Shown: positions 1 through 10,105 of the stretch, piece after piece
Numbering within the stretch: position 1 is the first letter of the stretch
How the letters are laid out: every line of letters starts with the position of its first letter
Assembly: GCA_963675665.1 (NCBI GenBank)
Contig: OY776510.1
Coordinates: 1,312,001 to 1,376,000, forward strand
DNA length: 64,000 nt
Direction: 5' to 3'
From: Spirochaetia bacterium
GTDB taxonomy: Bacteria; Spirochaetota; Spirochaetia; UBA9216
Program-made: the position numbers and the translations under genes
Notes under the pieces: generated by a model
The model's database searches: none
Seen by the model: the letters and a program-made list of their open reading frames with translations, nothing else
What the model was told of the DNA's origin: nothing

Positions 1-927
1 GCATATATCATTAACCTGGTTTCAAAAACTTCAGAAGTCATTACACATAAACTTATAGAAAAAGGTATTGTAAAATACGGACCGCCCTCCTGCAGGTTTA
101 CCTTTCTTGCTTTGGGCAGTGAAGGCCGGGGAGAACAGACTCTGCTGACGGACCAGGATAACGCTATAATATTCGATGATGTTTCCGACGGATCCCTGGA
201 AGCCTGTCGGAATTATTTCCTGAAACTGGGAAGCTATATCAGCGAATCCCTTAATTATATCGGGTACACATATTGCAGCGGAGGTGTAATGGCGTCAAAC
301 CCCAAATGGGTAAAAAGCAAATCTGAATGGCATTACCAGGTAGTAAGCTGGTTTGCCGGAGAATCCTCTGAGAGATTGCTGGATTTGAACATCCTTTTTG
401 ATTTTAAATATATTTATGGAGACAGGAACCTCAGCCGTGAGCTTCGGCAGATTATATGGGACGCTGTGAACAGATATCCGGGATTTTTACGTGAAGTAGC
501 TGATGCTGTAAGCGTGTTCAAACCCCCGCTGACTGCTTTGGGACGAATACAGGTAAAGTATACGGAAAAGGATGATGAAGTCTTTGATATTAAAAAGGCC
601 CTTGGGCCGTTGATAATATATGCAAGAACAATGGCGCTTCGCGAAAAAATTGAGGCCACTTCAACTGCAGCAAGACTTCTGGAAATAAAAGAACGTGAAC
701 TGATATCCGAACACCAGTACCGGAATTATCTCCAGGCTTTTGATTTTCTCACGCAGCTGAGATTTCGGGACCAGGTACAGACAATAGAAGACGGAGAAGA
801 ACTTAACAATTTGATATATATTGAAGATTTGACCGAAGTCGAGATATTGTCGATAAGGCGGATCTTCAGGCAGATAGCATCGGCACAGGACAGGCTGAGA
901 ATCTTGTTGACCGGAAATATCAGGTAA
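1..927 (+). CDS. DUF294 putative nucleotidyltransferase (CBS/cNMP-associated family), 5' end outside the window
   Basis: Frame is open from base 1. Contains the GSEGRGEQTLLTDQDN nucleotidyltransferase motif, C-x-GGVMASNPKW, and a DUF294_C-like FDIKK region. Confidence 0.8.
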   Translation, partial: AYIINLVSKTSEVITHKLIEKGIVKYGPPSCRFTFLALGSEGRGEQTLLTDQDNAIIFDDVSDGSLEACRNYFLKLGSYISESLNYIGYTYCSGGVMASNPKWVKSKSEWHYQVVSWFAGESSERLLDLNILFDFKYIYGDRNLSRELRQIIWDAVNRYPGFLREVADAVSVFKPPLTALGRIQVKYTEKDDEVFDIKKALGPLIIYARTMALREKIEATSTAARLLEIKERELISEHQYRNYLQAFDFLTQLRFRDQVQTIEDGEELNNLIYIEDLTEVEILSIRRIFRQIASAQDRLRILLTGNIR

Positions 928-934
928 AACTGTA

Positions 935-1267
935 ATGAGAGTAGAACGGCACGCAAAACATACTGAAATCCTGTTCGGGGTCAGGGCTGACGATATTCAT
1001 AAATGGATAGACCAGTATTTTGATCAAAGACGATTCAGGCAACCGTTCTGGCGGCTGGTTGCCGACGGGTGGAGTCCGTACGAACACCGGAAGTATCTCC
1101 ATCACAAAGAAGCCCTGCCGCAGGCTATTGAAGCTTTTAAGGATAAGTATTCCGAAGATATCATCGAAAAGATATTCATTCAGCATTTGAAAGATGACTA
1201 CAACGGCTACGTTCCGTCGAAAAAAGATTTTGATGACCCGGGGTTTATGAGAAGATTTCATCATTAA
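935..1267 (+). CDS. Small His-rich hypothetical protein (DUF6915-like)
   Basis: 110 aa with HAKH, IHKWID, HRKYLHH and QHLKDD motifs; family similarity recalled from memory. Confidence 0.55.
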   Translation: MRVERHAKHTEILFGVRADDIHKWIDQYFDQRRFRQPFWRLVADGWSPYEHRKYLHHKEALPQAIEAFKDKYSEDIIEKIFIQHLKDDYNGYVPSKKDFDDPGFMRRFHH

Positions 1268-1358
1268 GGACTTAACCTGTCTATGTTTAAATTAAGTTGA
1301 AAACAGCTCATTCATGTGGTATTCTCGTTAGCGAAAAGTCTACTTCAGGAATGTACAA

Positions 1359-2330
1359 ATGAAAAAAGGTTTACTGATTGCATTATTTCTTTTTTTATCC
1401 GTAATGTCCGTTTTTGCGGCTAATGACAAACCGATAATAACCGTTCTTGATTTTAATTCGGACGGTGTTTCGGAAGCGGAAATGAAATCCATAATTCACT
1501 ATCTTTCTTCTTCTCTCTTTAAAACCGGTAAATTTACGGTTATTGATGTCAGTCAGCGTGAGAATATACTGAACGAACTTGAATTCTCAATGTCCGGATG
1601 TTCCGATGAGTCCTGTTACCTCGAAGTTGGAAAAATGCTTTCGGCGGAAGGAATAGTCGTGGGAAATATCGGCCGTGTCGGAAGCCGTTTTATTCTGACG
1701 GCAAAACTGCTTGAAACCGAAACCGGCGCGACAATAAGTTCGGCGGACGGAATGTATAACAACCTTGATGAGCTTCTGGACGATATTTATGCTGCAGCGG
1801 CCGAGCTGGGAAGACCTTACGGAGGTATGACGGCCATGACAGCTGAAGAGATTCCGGAAGCTGAACCTGCTGAGGTTGAACCGGCTGCTGCCCCGGAAGT
1901 AAAACCGGATACAGAAACAGTTGAACAACCGGAAACGGGGAAGGCTGTGATTCCGGAAATCAATTTACCCGCCTGGGGTTCGCTGGCGGCGGCCGCCGGA
2001 TGTCTCGGCGCGGGAAGTTACTTTCTTGCTGTTTCATTGCCTCTGTTAATTGATTATATGTCCGCGCAGAATGCATATGACGGAGCGGCAGATTCAGTAA
2101 CAGCCGCAGAGCTGTATATTCAGGCGGAAACTGCCAGGGCCGCTGCTGTTGAAGGAAACGTTAATCTGAACTTTCCCCTCGGGGCGGGGCTTGCGACCGC
2201 AGGCATCGGGTTTGGTATTTTATCAATTGTTCTGTTTGCAGGGAACAAAGCCGGAGAAGAACTGCCGGTAGAAACTGTATTTCTTCCTGTACCAGGCGGG
2301 GCAGCCCTCAGCTTTCATATGGCATACTAG
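1359..2330 (+). CDS. Exported protein with CsgG/HfaB/TolB-N-like domain and C-terminal hydrophobic segments
   Basis: Signal peptide; ITVLDF..GVS..E..., IDVSQRENILNELEFSMSGC..ESC..EVGKML.AE.IV.G.IG pattern; Pro/Glu-rich linker. Confidence 0.7.
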   Translation: MKKGLLIALFLFLSVMSVFAANDKPIITVLDFNSDGVSEAEMKSIIHYLSSSLFKTGKFTVIDVSQRENILNELEFSMSGCSDESCYLEVGKMLSAEGIVVGNIGRVGSRFILTAKLLETETGATISSADGMYNNLDELLDDIYAAAAELGRPYGGMTAMTAEEIPEAEPAEVEPAAAPEVKPDTETVEQPETGKAVIPEINLPAWGSLAAAAGCLGAGSYFLAVSLPLLIDYMSAQNAYDGAADSVTAAELYIQAETARAAAVEGNVNLNFPLGAGLATAGIGFGILSIVLFAGNKAGEELPVETVFLPVPGGAALSFHMAY

Positions 2331-2351
2331 CGGCAATTCAGGGAGAATAAA

Positions 2352-3866
2352 GTGAAAAATATTTATGTGCGATTTTTAATAGTAATGACTTTAACAGCAT
2401 CGGCAGCGGCAATCTGCTTTACTGCCTGCGATATTGTTCCCGAAACTGTTCTCGGGCATACAAACCAGCTTGATCCGGATTATAACATCGGCGACAGTTC
2501 CGGCGATACGGCAAGCAGGGTCCCGGATACGCCGGGAGTTCCTTTGGTTCGCGCCGGGGGAAGCGGAACGCTTACGGTAAGCTGGAGCAGCGTAGACGAA
2601 GCGTCCGAATACAGCGTGCTTTACGGCACCTCCGGCAGCAGTGCTTCTGCAACAGAGGTTTCTTCTGCAATGGACGCTGACAAAACCGATACGACCGCGG
2701 TAATAACCGGGCTTGAGAACGAAAAACTCTACTACATCTGGGTTTCCGCGTCAAACAGTATCGGCTCAAGCGGGATCAGCGCCTCGTCGAAATCAGTGCC
2801 CGTTGCCGCAGGAACCGATCATAACGGCGCGGATTTAATCATAACAGCGACCCAGGATCTCGGCGGTACCCACTTTAACGTCGGTACGTTCAGTATTGCA
2901 GATGGTGTTGCTGTGAATGTTATCCACTACGACGGCACCGATGCCGAGACGGGGATGCTTTCGGTATATGCAGAGACGATCAGTGTTGCCGGTACGATTG
3001 ACGCCATCGGGGCCGGTTACGGCGGAGGCGGCGGCGGAGGCGGCGGAGCCGGAGGAAATTACCAGGGAGCGAGCAGCTCCGGCGGAAACAGCGGAACTGC
3101 GGTTCAGGGCGGTTCCGGAGGGACCGACGGAGGTGATTCAAGCAGTGCCAACGGCGCAAACGGAGGTACCGGCGGCAACGGGGCAGGTCCGGGCGGCGGC
3201 AGCGGCGGCAGCGGCGGCAGCGGCGGCAGTGGTGGACAGGACCTTTCAAGCGGTTCGACCCCGTCTGTCGGCAACGCCGGGGGAAGCGCGGGTAACGGTT
3301 ATTATTCCGCGGACGGCAGTACATCAACCAATGAGATAATCGCTATGGGTTCCGGCGGAGGCGGCGGAGCCGGAGGAGGCGGAGGCGGCGGAATTGATGC
3401 TGCGCAAGCTACCGCATTCGGCGGAGGCGGAGGAGGCGGAAGCGCCGGCGGCAACGGCGGCGGAATGATAAGGCTATGCTCTTTTGGTAATATTTCCGTT
3501 ACCGGGACTATTTTTACCAGCGGAAGAGCATACGGAAGTTCCGGAACCAGAAGCGGTAATGATCGCACCGGTGGAACCGGCGGAACAGCTTCATCGTCAT
3601 CCGCGGGATCGGGCGGGTCGGCTCACTATGCAGGTACTTATGCCGGTACGTATCACAGTCCCCAGGACGGTGGGCTCGGAAGAACGGGCGGATCAGGTTC
3701 CGGCGGCGGTATACTGCTGAAAGGGACCGATGTCAGTCTGTCGGGAGGAACTCTCAACTGTACAGGCTATAGCAGTAATAACGGGGTGATCAAAATTTTC
3801 TATTCAGGCACCCTGACAGACGGTACTTACAGTGGAGATACTGATCCCGATAAAAATACGTATTGA
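2352..3866 (+). CDS. Lipoprotein with fibronectin type III domain and long glycine-rich region
   Basis: GTG start after GGGAG; lipobox FTAC; Fn3 pattern LTVSW..Y.V.Y..ITGL.N...YYIWVSA.N..G.S; poly-Gly tracts. Confidence 0.7.
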   Translation: MKNIYVRFLIVMTLTASAAAICFTACDIVPETVLGHTNQLDPDYNIGDSSGDTASRVPDTPGVPLVRAGGSGTLTVSWSSVDEASEYSVLYGTSGSSASATEVSSAMDADKTDTTAVITGLENEKLYYIWVSASNSIGSSGISASSKSVPVAAGTDHNGADLIITATQDLGGTHFNVGTFSIADGVAVNVIHYDGTDAETGMLSVYAETISVAGTIDAIGAGYGGGGGGGGGAGGNYQGASSSGGNSGTAVQGGSGGTDGGDSSSANGANGGTGGNGAGPGGGSGGSGGSGGSGGQDLSSGSTPSVGNAGGSAGNGYYSADGSTSTNEIIAMGSGGGGGAGGGGGGGIDAAQATAFGGGGGGGSAGGNGGGMIRLCSFGNISVTGTIFTSGRAYGSSGTRSGNDRTGGTGGTASSSSAGSGGSAHYAGTYAGTYHSPQDGGLGRTGGSGSGGGILLKGTDVSLSGGTLNCTGYSSNNGVIKIFYSGTLTDGTYSGDTDPDKNTY

Positions 3867-3965
3867 TTTGCTGAATTGAAAATTCCGGATTAAGGTTATA
3901 TCGCTTCCGACATCAATACATATTGACGGCTTGAGGAGAGTTTAACTTAAGAGTATAATCCGGCT

Positions 3966-5795
3966 ATGAAATTTGAAGAATTCAATTTACACGAAGACAT
4001 TATGCGCGGCATAAATGAAGCGGGTTTTACAGAAACCATGCCGGCGCAGGAACGGACCTTTCAGGCGGTATTAAGTGGGAAAGATGTAACGGTCCAGTCG
4101 CAGACAGGTACGGGGAAGACTGCGGCATTTTTAATTTCAATTTATCAGTTGTTTATGACGGATGTATTAGAAAATAAAAAGGCACTTATCGTAGTTCCTA
4201 CCAGGGAACTCGCTGTACAGATAGAAGAAGAGGCCGAGATTCTGGGCAAGTATCTCGATTACAAAACTGTAAGTATTTACGGCGGAGTAGGGTATAAAAA
4301 TCAGCTTGAAAAACTCAGGGCAGGGGCCGATTTTATTGTCGGAACTCCCGGAAGACTGCTTGATCTTGAGAAATCAAACCATATGGATTACGGAGAATTC
4401 GGGGTTCTGGTTATCGATGAAGCCGACAGGCTTTTCGATATGGGATTTTTTCCCGACCTCCGAAAAATCCTCAGAAAACTTCCGCCGAGGGAGAACCGCC
4501 GGACAATGCTGTTCAGCGCCACCCTGAATACAAGGGTCCTTAACCTCGCCTGGGACCAGATGAATGAGTACGAGGAAATCAAGATAGAACCTGAAAAGGT
4601 AACAGTAGAGGAAATATCCCAGCAGCTTTACCATGTTGCCGGACATGAGAAGTTCAGGCTGCTTTTGGGGATCCTTAAAAAAGAACAGTTTGAAAATGCT
4701 ATTATTTTCTGCAATACAAAGAACAAGGTTGCCGAGGTTTCCCAGCGGCTCGACGTAAACGGCTACAAAACAAAATTCCTGATGGGAGATCTTCCCCAGA
4801 AGAAAAGGCTTTCGGTAATCAATAACATGAAAGCCGGCGAACTGGATATCCTGGTGGCAACTGATGTGGCCGCCCGCGGGCTTCATGTTGATGACCTTTC
4901 GATGGTTGTAAATTATGATCTCCCGGAAGATTATGAGAATTATGTTCACAGAATCGGCCGGACGGCCCGCGCCGGAAAGTCGGGGAAGGCGATTTCACTT
5001 GCCTGTGAAAAATATGTATATCATCTTCCCGCAATTGAAAGTTTCATCGGCGATAAAATTACTGTAATGATTGCGGACGACGAACTCTTTCCCGTGGATG
5101 CTTCCGAGGGAATGAGATTCCGAAACGAATATGATGATCGTCCTTCAAGGGATCGCGGAAGCCGTGACGGCGGAAGACGGGACGGAGGAAGCCGAAACGG
5201 CGGGGGCCGAAGCAGTGGAAATCGCAGCGGCGGAAGACGGGACGGAGGCGGACGAAGCGACGGAAGACGTGAGGACGGCGGACGAAGCTATGGCAACAGA
5301 AGCGACGGAAGACGCAGCGGCGGCAGCCGGGACGGCGGCGAAAGACGGGGAGACGCCGTACGAAGCGGAAACAACCGGGGCGGAACCGAAAGAAGAGACG
5401 GCGGCGACCGGTCTCGCAGCAATAACCGCCAGCGCAACGATTATCGAAGAAATGACGGCAGAAACGAAAGCAGGAATTCCGAAAATCTTAAAAATTTGAA
5501 AAGACCTGATGCATCTGCCAATGTTGAAGACAGGCTTGCTTATTACAAAGCGAAATACGGTGAAGATTTCAAGCCTTCCGAGGAAATGCTGAAGCAGCTG
5601 TCCGGATCAGCCGGAAAGACCAAACGCAAGGCAAAACCCCAGAGCGGTAACCGCAAGAACCAGGGCGGACAGAGCCGCAGCGGTCAGGATAAATCTTCAG
5701 GTAATAAATTGAAACAGCAGAACGCCGCTGCCCCTGAAACAGGAAAAACCAAAAAACCGGGATTCATAGGCAGGCTTTTCGGTCGCGGGAAGTAA
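3966..5795 (+). CDS. DEAD-box ATP-dependent RNA helicase (RhlB/RhlE-like) with R/G/D-rich disordered tail
   Basis: Q motif, QTGTGKT, PTRELA, DEAD, SAT, ARGL and HRIGRTAR motifs. Confidence 0.95.
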   Translation: MKFEEFNLHEDIMRGINEAGFTETMPAQERTFQAVLSGKDVTVQSQTGTGKTAAFLISIYQLFMTDVLENKKALIVVPTRELAVQIEEEAEILGKYLDYKTVSIYGGVGYKNQLEKLRAGADFIVGTPGRLLDLEKSNHMDYGEFGVLVIDEADRLFDMGFFPDLRKILRKLPPRENRRTMLFSATLNTRVLNLAWDQMNEYEEIKIEPEKVTVEEISQQLYHVAGHEKFRLLLGILKKEQFENAIIFCNTKNKVAEVSQRLDVNGYKTKFLMGDLPQKKRLSVINNMKAGELDILVATDVAARGLHVDDLSMVVNYDLPEDYENYVHRIGRTARAGKSGKAISLACEKYVYHLPAIESFIGDKITVMIADDELFPVDASEGMRFRNEYDDRPSRDRGSRDGGRRDGGSRNGGGRSSGNRSGGRRDGGGRSDGRREDGGRSYGNRSDGRRSGGSRDGGERRGDAVRSGNNRGGTERRDGGDRSRSNNRQRNDYRRNDGRNESRNSENLKNLKRPDASANVEDRLAYYKAKYGEDFKPSEEMLKQLSGSAGKTKRKAKPQSGNRKNQGGQSRSGQDKSSGNKLKQQNAAAPETGKTKKPGFIGRLFGRGK

Positions 5796-5840
5796 AACAA
5801 AATTACCCGCAATAAAGCTGTTCCATAGTATAATTGCGGT

Positions 5841-7388
5841 ATGGCTGATGAAAAAAAATATATAATTGCAATCGATGCCGGAAGCACCGGCATTCGAAGT
5901 ATCCTTTTTAACCGAAAAGGCGAGATAGTAAGGCGGGAATATGAGAAAACACCCGCCGAACATCCGGAGGCCGGCGCCACCGAGCATGACCCCGAACTTT
6001 TATGGAAGGCCCTCTGTAATACGGTCAATGCACTGTTTGCCGACGGCAGTATAAAGCCGGAAGAAATTGCCGCATTCGGGATTACAAACCAGCGTTCATC
6101 ATTCTGTATCTGGGATCGCGAAACAGGCAAGCCGCTCACGAATTTTATAAACTGGCAGGATATACGGGCGGCCGGAACAATTGCAAAGATGAACCGCCAC
6201 CCGATCTGGGTTCTTTTACGCGGAGCAATGAAACTGTTCAGCCGGTTGATAAACAGTACAATACTGATAGCGACATCGATGCTTGTTCTGACTACGGATC
6301 ATACACTGGGAAAGGTCCGCTGGCTGTTCAACGAAAAACCAGAACTGGAAAAGGCCTGCCGTAGCGGCAAGGCTGTTTTCGGCACTATCGACAGCTGGTT
6401 TATCTACAAGCTGACCGGCGGAAAAAACCACCTGACGGATTATACAAACGCCGCGAGTACCGCAATGTTCAACCCCTTTGATCTCAAGTGGAACGGAATT
6501 TACTGCGGAATTTTCAAAATCCCCATGGAGATGCTGCCCGAGGTGTGCGACACTAACGGGTTTTTCGGCGAAACCGAAGCGTCGTTGTTCGGAGTGCCTA
6601 TTCCAATCAGGGCAGCGGTTGGAGATCAGCAGTCATCGCTTTTCGGTCACGGCTGTTACAACCCGGGAGACGTTAAATGCTCCCTAGGTTCCGGTTCGTT
6701 CGTGTGTGTTAATGTCGGCCGGAAGGGAAAGGTTTCGCGGCGGGGACTGTTTCCGCTGGTAGCCTGGGTGATCGACGGGAAACCGACTTATATGCTTGAA
6801 GGCCAGGTTGCGACAACCGGCACCCTGATAGACTGGCTTGGAAAAGGCATAGGCTTGTCGGACACTCCGGCGGAACTGAACGAGCTGGCTGCCGGCTGTG
6901 AGGATACAGAAGGAGTTTACTTTGTTCCCACGCCGACCGGAATACGCTTCCCGTATTTCGTTCCGGGAGCCAAGGCTTCCGTAGTCGGGCTGTCGCTCAA
7001 AACCGGCAGGCGTCATGTAGCGCGTGCGGTCCTTGAGGGCATAGCGCTGAGAATTGACGATATTCTTGAGGGAGTTGAAAAAGACGCAAAAACCAGTATA
7101 ACGGAGATTATGACCGACGGCGGCGTAAGCCGCTCCGACATCCTGATGCAGTGTCTGGCTGATTTTTCAGGTCACCAGGTTGAACGCGCGCCCGAACCGG
7201 ATATGACCGCCTCAGGGGCGGCTTATCTTGCAGGCCTGTCGTGCGGTTTCTGGTCGGATTACCGGGAGCTTATGACGTTGAGAGAGGGATATGAAACATT
7301 CAAGCCGTTTATTTCCGCCGAAGAGCGGGAAAGGAAAAAAGCTGAATGGAGGAAAATCCTTAAATACCTGTTGAAGCTGTCAATCTGA
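5841..7388 (+). CDS. FGGY-family glycerol kinase-like protein (GK5-like)
   Basis: IDAGSTG, GITNQRSS, WQDIR, GTIDSW, GDQQSSLFG and DGGVSRSD motifs. Confidence 0.85.
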   Translation: MADEKKYIIAIDAGSTGIRSILFNRKGEIVRREYEKTPAEHPEAGATEHDPELLWKALCNTVNALFADGSIKPEEIAAFGITNQRSSFCIWDRETGKPLTNFINWQDIRAAGTIAKMNRHPIWVLLRGAMKLFSRLINSTILIATSMLVLTTDHTLGKVRWLFNEKPELEKACRSGKAVFGTIDSWFIYKLTGGKNHLTDYTNAASTAMFNPFDLKWNGIYCGIFKIPMEMLPEVCDTNGFFGETEASLFGVPIPIRAAVGDQQSSLFGHGCYNPGDVKCSLGSGSFVCVNVGRKGKVSRRGLFPLVAWVIDGKPTYMLEGQVATTGTLIDWLGKGIGLSDTPAELNELAAGCEDTEGVYFVPTPTGIRFPYFVPGAKASVVGLSLKTGRRHVARAVLEGIALRIDDILEGVEKDAKTSITEIMTDGGVSRSDILMQCLADFSGHQVERAPEPDMTASGAAYLAGLSCGFWSDYRELMTLREGYETFKPFISAEERERKKAEWRKILKYLLKLSI

Positions 7389-7408
7389 AACGTTGTTTTT
7401 CTCAGCAG

Positions 7409-8314
7409 TCAGGAGGAGAATTCCCTGATGGCATTTGCTACTGCACTGTCTATTGATCGGCCGGCTGAAGGATACATCTGTTTCAGGCTTTCAGGGGCTT
7501 CGTCTACGGTTCTTGCAGTTCCGGCCCAGCGGAGAAGGTCTTCGTCGTTAAAATCGTTTCCGATTGCAAGAGAAGTTTCCGCATTCAGCCCGTGGCGTTC
7601 AGCAAGCCGGGCTGCCGTTTTTGCTTTTGAAACGTCCGGACTGAATATTTCAACCCAGAGTGATTTGTGATCAATCGGTGATGTGGTTCTGACTATTGAG
7701 CAGGAACTTAATCTGTAGCGCAGATATTCAATCAGTTCGCTTGCGTATTTTTCGTCATCCTTTATCGACGGCGGAATTATTCCGACAAGCTGTGAAACCC
7801 CTTCGTAACAAACCTTTTCAATTGAATCAAGATCCGACTCTTCCTCTTTCGGTGAAAGACCTTCGGCAAAGTCTTCGTATATTTTGATCCGGCGATAAAA
7901 ATCGGGATTGACTGAACCGTTTGATTTTACATGTACAAAATGATGGTTGTGAGGAACTTCTTTCTGAAGCATGAAATCTATTCCGTGTTTGAAAAAAAGT
8001 CCTGCAGCTTCGAAAGCGTCCGCCGCCATCAGGTTTTCTGTTTCCTCAAGTTTGTCGTCGCATAGCCGCAGAACGCCGACGCCTGATGAAAAGATCAGGA
8101 AATCAATATAATCGGAAATCGGTTTTTCAAGTTTTGCCGCCGCCCGTTTAAACGAGAACAGGGATCTGCCGGTATTGATAGCTGTCAGGTACCCGGCTGT
8201 TCTTGCCGTTTCCAGGGCTGCGTAATTGTCGTCGGTAATAAACCTTTTGTGATTGAAAAGTGTCCCGTCGAAATCAGTAAATATAAAGCCCTGCGGTTTG
8301 TCAGAATAATTCAT
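7409..8314 (-). CDS. Cof-type HAD-IIB hydrolase
   Basis: DFDGT, NTGR, SKA and GNDFNDEDLL motifs. Confidence 0.85.
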   Translation of the reverse strand: MNYSDKPQGFIFTDFDGTLFNHKRFITDDNYAALETARTAGYLTAINTGRSLFSFKRAAAKLEKPISDYIDFLIFSSGVGVLRLCDDKLEETENLMAADAFEAAGLFFKHGIDFMLQKEVPHNHHFVHVKSNGSVNPDFYRRIKIYEDFAEGLSPKEEESDLDSIEKVCYEGVSQLVGIIPPSIKDDEKYASELIEYLRYRLSSCSIVRTTSPIDHKSLWVEIFSPDVSKAKTAARLAERHGLNAETSLAIGNDFNDEDLLRWAGTARTVDEAPESLKQMYPSAGRSIDSAVANAIREFSS

Positions 8315-9188
8315 AGCTTGTGTTGATAATCGGAGCCCTCAGGTTATCAAGAACACTTTCAAGAAGTACTCCCTCGCGTCTGGGATATTCATGCCCGAAA
8401 CTCGCCCTGATTGCCTGGGTTACAAACTGAACGCTTCGATCAAGAGCTATGGGAAGGCTCTGCCCGTGAAGCAGGCTGCCGGTCATCACGCTTGTAAAGA
8501 TGTCCCCGGTGCCGGGATAATAAGCAGGAATATAGGTGCACTGAACCTGCCAGAACCTGTCAGCAATCTTGTCGTATGCGACAACCGATGAGAGTTTGGG
8601 TTGCTGCGGAACGGGTATGCTGGTGATAATAACTATTTCAGGTCCGCAGGCGGCAAGTCTTCGCAGCCAGTCCTTGATCAATTCGCGGCTGAATTTTTCA
8701 GCAGGAAGATCCGGGGGTTCCCTTAGAAGAAGGGCTGCTTCGGTTATATTCGGCGTAATAACATCGGCTGAAGCGATAAGGGAGCTCATCTGTTCAACAA
8801 GATCTTTTGTAATGGTGCTGTATGTCTTGCCGTCGTCTCCGAGCACCGGATCTACAACGATAATCTGGTCGTCCTGACGAAAGCTGCTGATAAAATCCTT
8901 TACAATCCTGACCTGACGTGCTGATCCGAGGAACCCGCTGTAAATTGCGTCAAACTGAAGATTAAGGCTTTTCCAGTGGCCGATATACTTCTCAAGCTCA
9001 TCCGTAAAATCTACAAAATGATAATTCTTGAATTCGCTTGTGTGTGTTGATAATATGGCGGTTGGTACGGGGCAGACCTGAATTCCCATGGTGGAAAGCA
9101 CAGGAATGACAGATGTAAGCGAAGATCGTCCGAAACCCGACAAATCGTGGATTGCGGCTGTTTTTGGTACTGGATTCGGCTTATACAT
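8301..9188 (-). CDS. pdxK: Pyridoxal/pyridoxamine kinase
   Basis: IHDLSGFGRSSL, PTAILSTHT, YSGFLGS, DPVLGDDG, TPNITEA and GTGDIF motifs. Start placed at the ATG at 9188. Confidence 0.9.
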   Translation of the reverse strand: MYKPNPVPKTAAIHDLSGFGRSSLTSVIPVLSTMGIQVCPVPTAILSTHTSEFKNYHFVDFTDELEKYIGHWKSLNLQFDAIYSGFLGSARQVRIVKDFISSFRQDDQIIVVDPVLGDDGKTYSTITKDLVEQMSSLIASADVITPNITEAALLLREPPDLPAEKFSRELIKDWLRRLAACGPEIVIITSIPVPQQPKLSSVVAYDKIADRFWQVQCTYIPAYYPGTGDIFTSVMTGSLLHGQSLPIALDRSVQFVTQAIRASFGHEYPRREGVLLESVLDNLRAPIINTSYELF

Positions 9189-9255
9189 GCTATCAGAATA
9201 GACTATTGCGCTTGAAACTGTCAATAAATGACGATAAGTTGAGATAGAGGTAATT

Positions 9256-10086
9256 ATGTTTGGCAAGAATAAAGAAAAGAATAAAATAGACCTTCTGCTT
9301 AAAGAGATAAGAGGGGAATATGATAAACTTGTTATGAATTACAGCAGGCCGCGAAGCATCGCCAAGCAGTTTGATCTGCGGTATCATGATGCAGTAGAAT
9401 ACAGGCTTGATCTGATGAAGTTTCTTGAGGCCGAACGTGAGGCAGTGAAAACCCTGCTTGAACAGGCCGAAAACCGTATAAATACCGAAAAGACTGTTGT
9501 GAAGCCTGCACGGGGAGCATCAGGCAGAAGTACCGCGGGCAAGCCCGCTTCGACGGTTGTTGAGAATACCGAAGAACGGATCAGTTTTGCAGACCGGCTT
9601 ATTCAGGAGTTTGCCGAGCGTATAGAAAAATATCCGGAAATTATCATCCATCCGGATGCGGCATACGAGATAAAAAAACTTTTCGGGGCGCTCTCATGCG
9701 TTGAAAAAGATTACTGGTCAACGGTTGATCGTATCATACGTAACATAACCGGTTCCAAACGCTTTCGTGATTCGATTGATCTTGACCCTGAGATAAACAG
9801 GATGTGTATAACCGGTACGGAAGGAATCCCGTCTGCACTGGGGACTTATCACAGGCTTCTTGAAAGACTGCCCCGCGATTATAAAGAGGTGGAACGGGAA
9901 GAAAAACGCTGCCTTGTAAGCGCCGCCGGGCTTCTGAAGAAACTGCAGATGGAAATAATTAAAGCTCTTGATTCAGGATCCGGTAATCTCGAAGATGAAG
10001 AAAAACAGAAACTGACGGAAGCGAAGGTTTATATTGACGGCATGATTGATGATTTCCGTCTGCGGGACCTTGCAAGGCTTAATTAA
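9256..10086 (+). CDS. Hypothetical helical protein
   Basis: 276-aa ORF with GAGG RBS; no recognised motif. Confidence 0.6.
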   Translation: MFGKNKEKNKIDLLLKEIRGEYDKLVMNYSRPRSIAKQFDLRYHDAVEYRLDLMKFLEAEREAVKTLLEQAENRINTEKTVVKPARGASGRSTAGKPASTVVENTEERISFADRLIQEFAERIEKYPEIIIHPDAAYEIKKLFGALSCVEKDYWSTVDRIIRNITGSKRFRDSIDLDPEINRMCITGTEGIPSALGTYHRLLERLPRDYKEVEREEKRCLVSAAGLLKKLQMEIIKALDSGSGNLEDEEKQKLTEAKVYIDGMIDDFRLRDLARLN

Positions 10087-10105
10087 TTACCAGGGAGCTG
10101 TATTT

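Noticed and set aside
3020-3470. GGCGGA/GGCGGCAGC microrepeats and the overlapping Pro/Arg-rich ORFs
   Set aside because: Poly-Gly coding sequence of the lipoprotein; the alternative-frame ORFs are shadows.
5140-5470. Imperfect GACGGCGGA/GACGGAAGA repeats
   Set aside because: They encode the R/G/D-rich disordered tail that is common in DEAD-box helicases.
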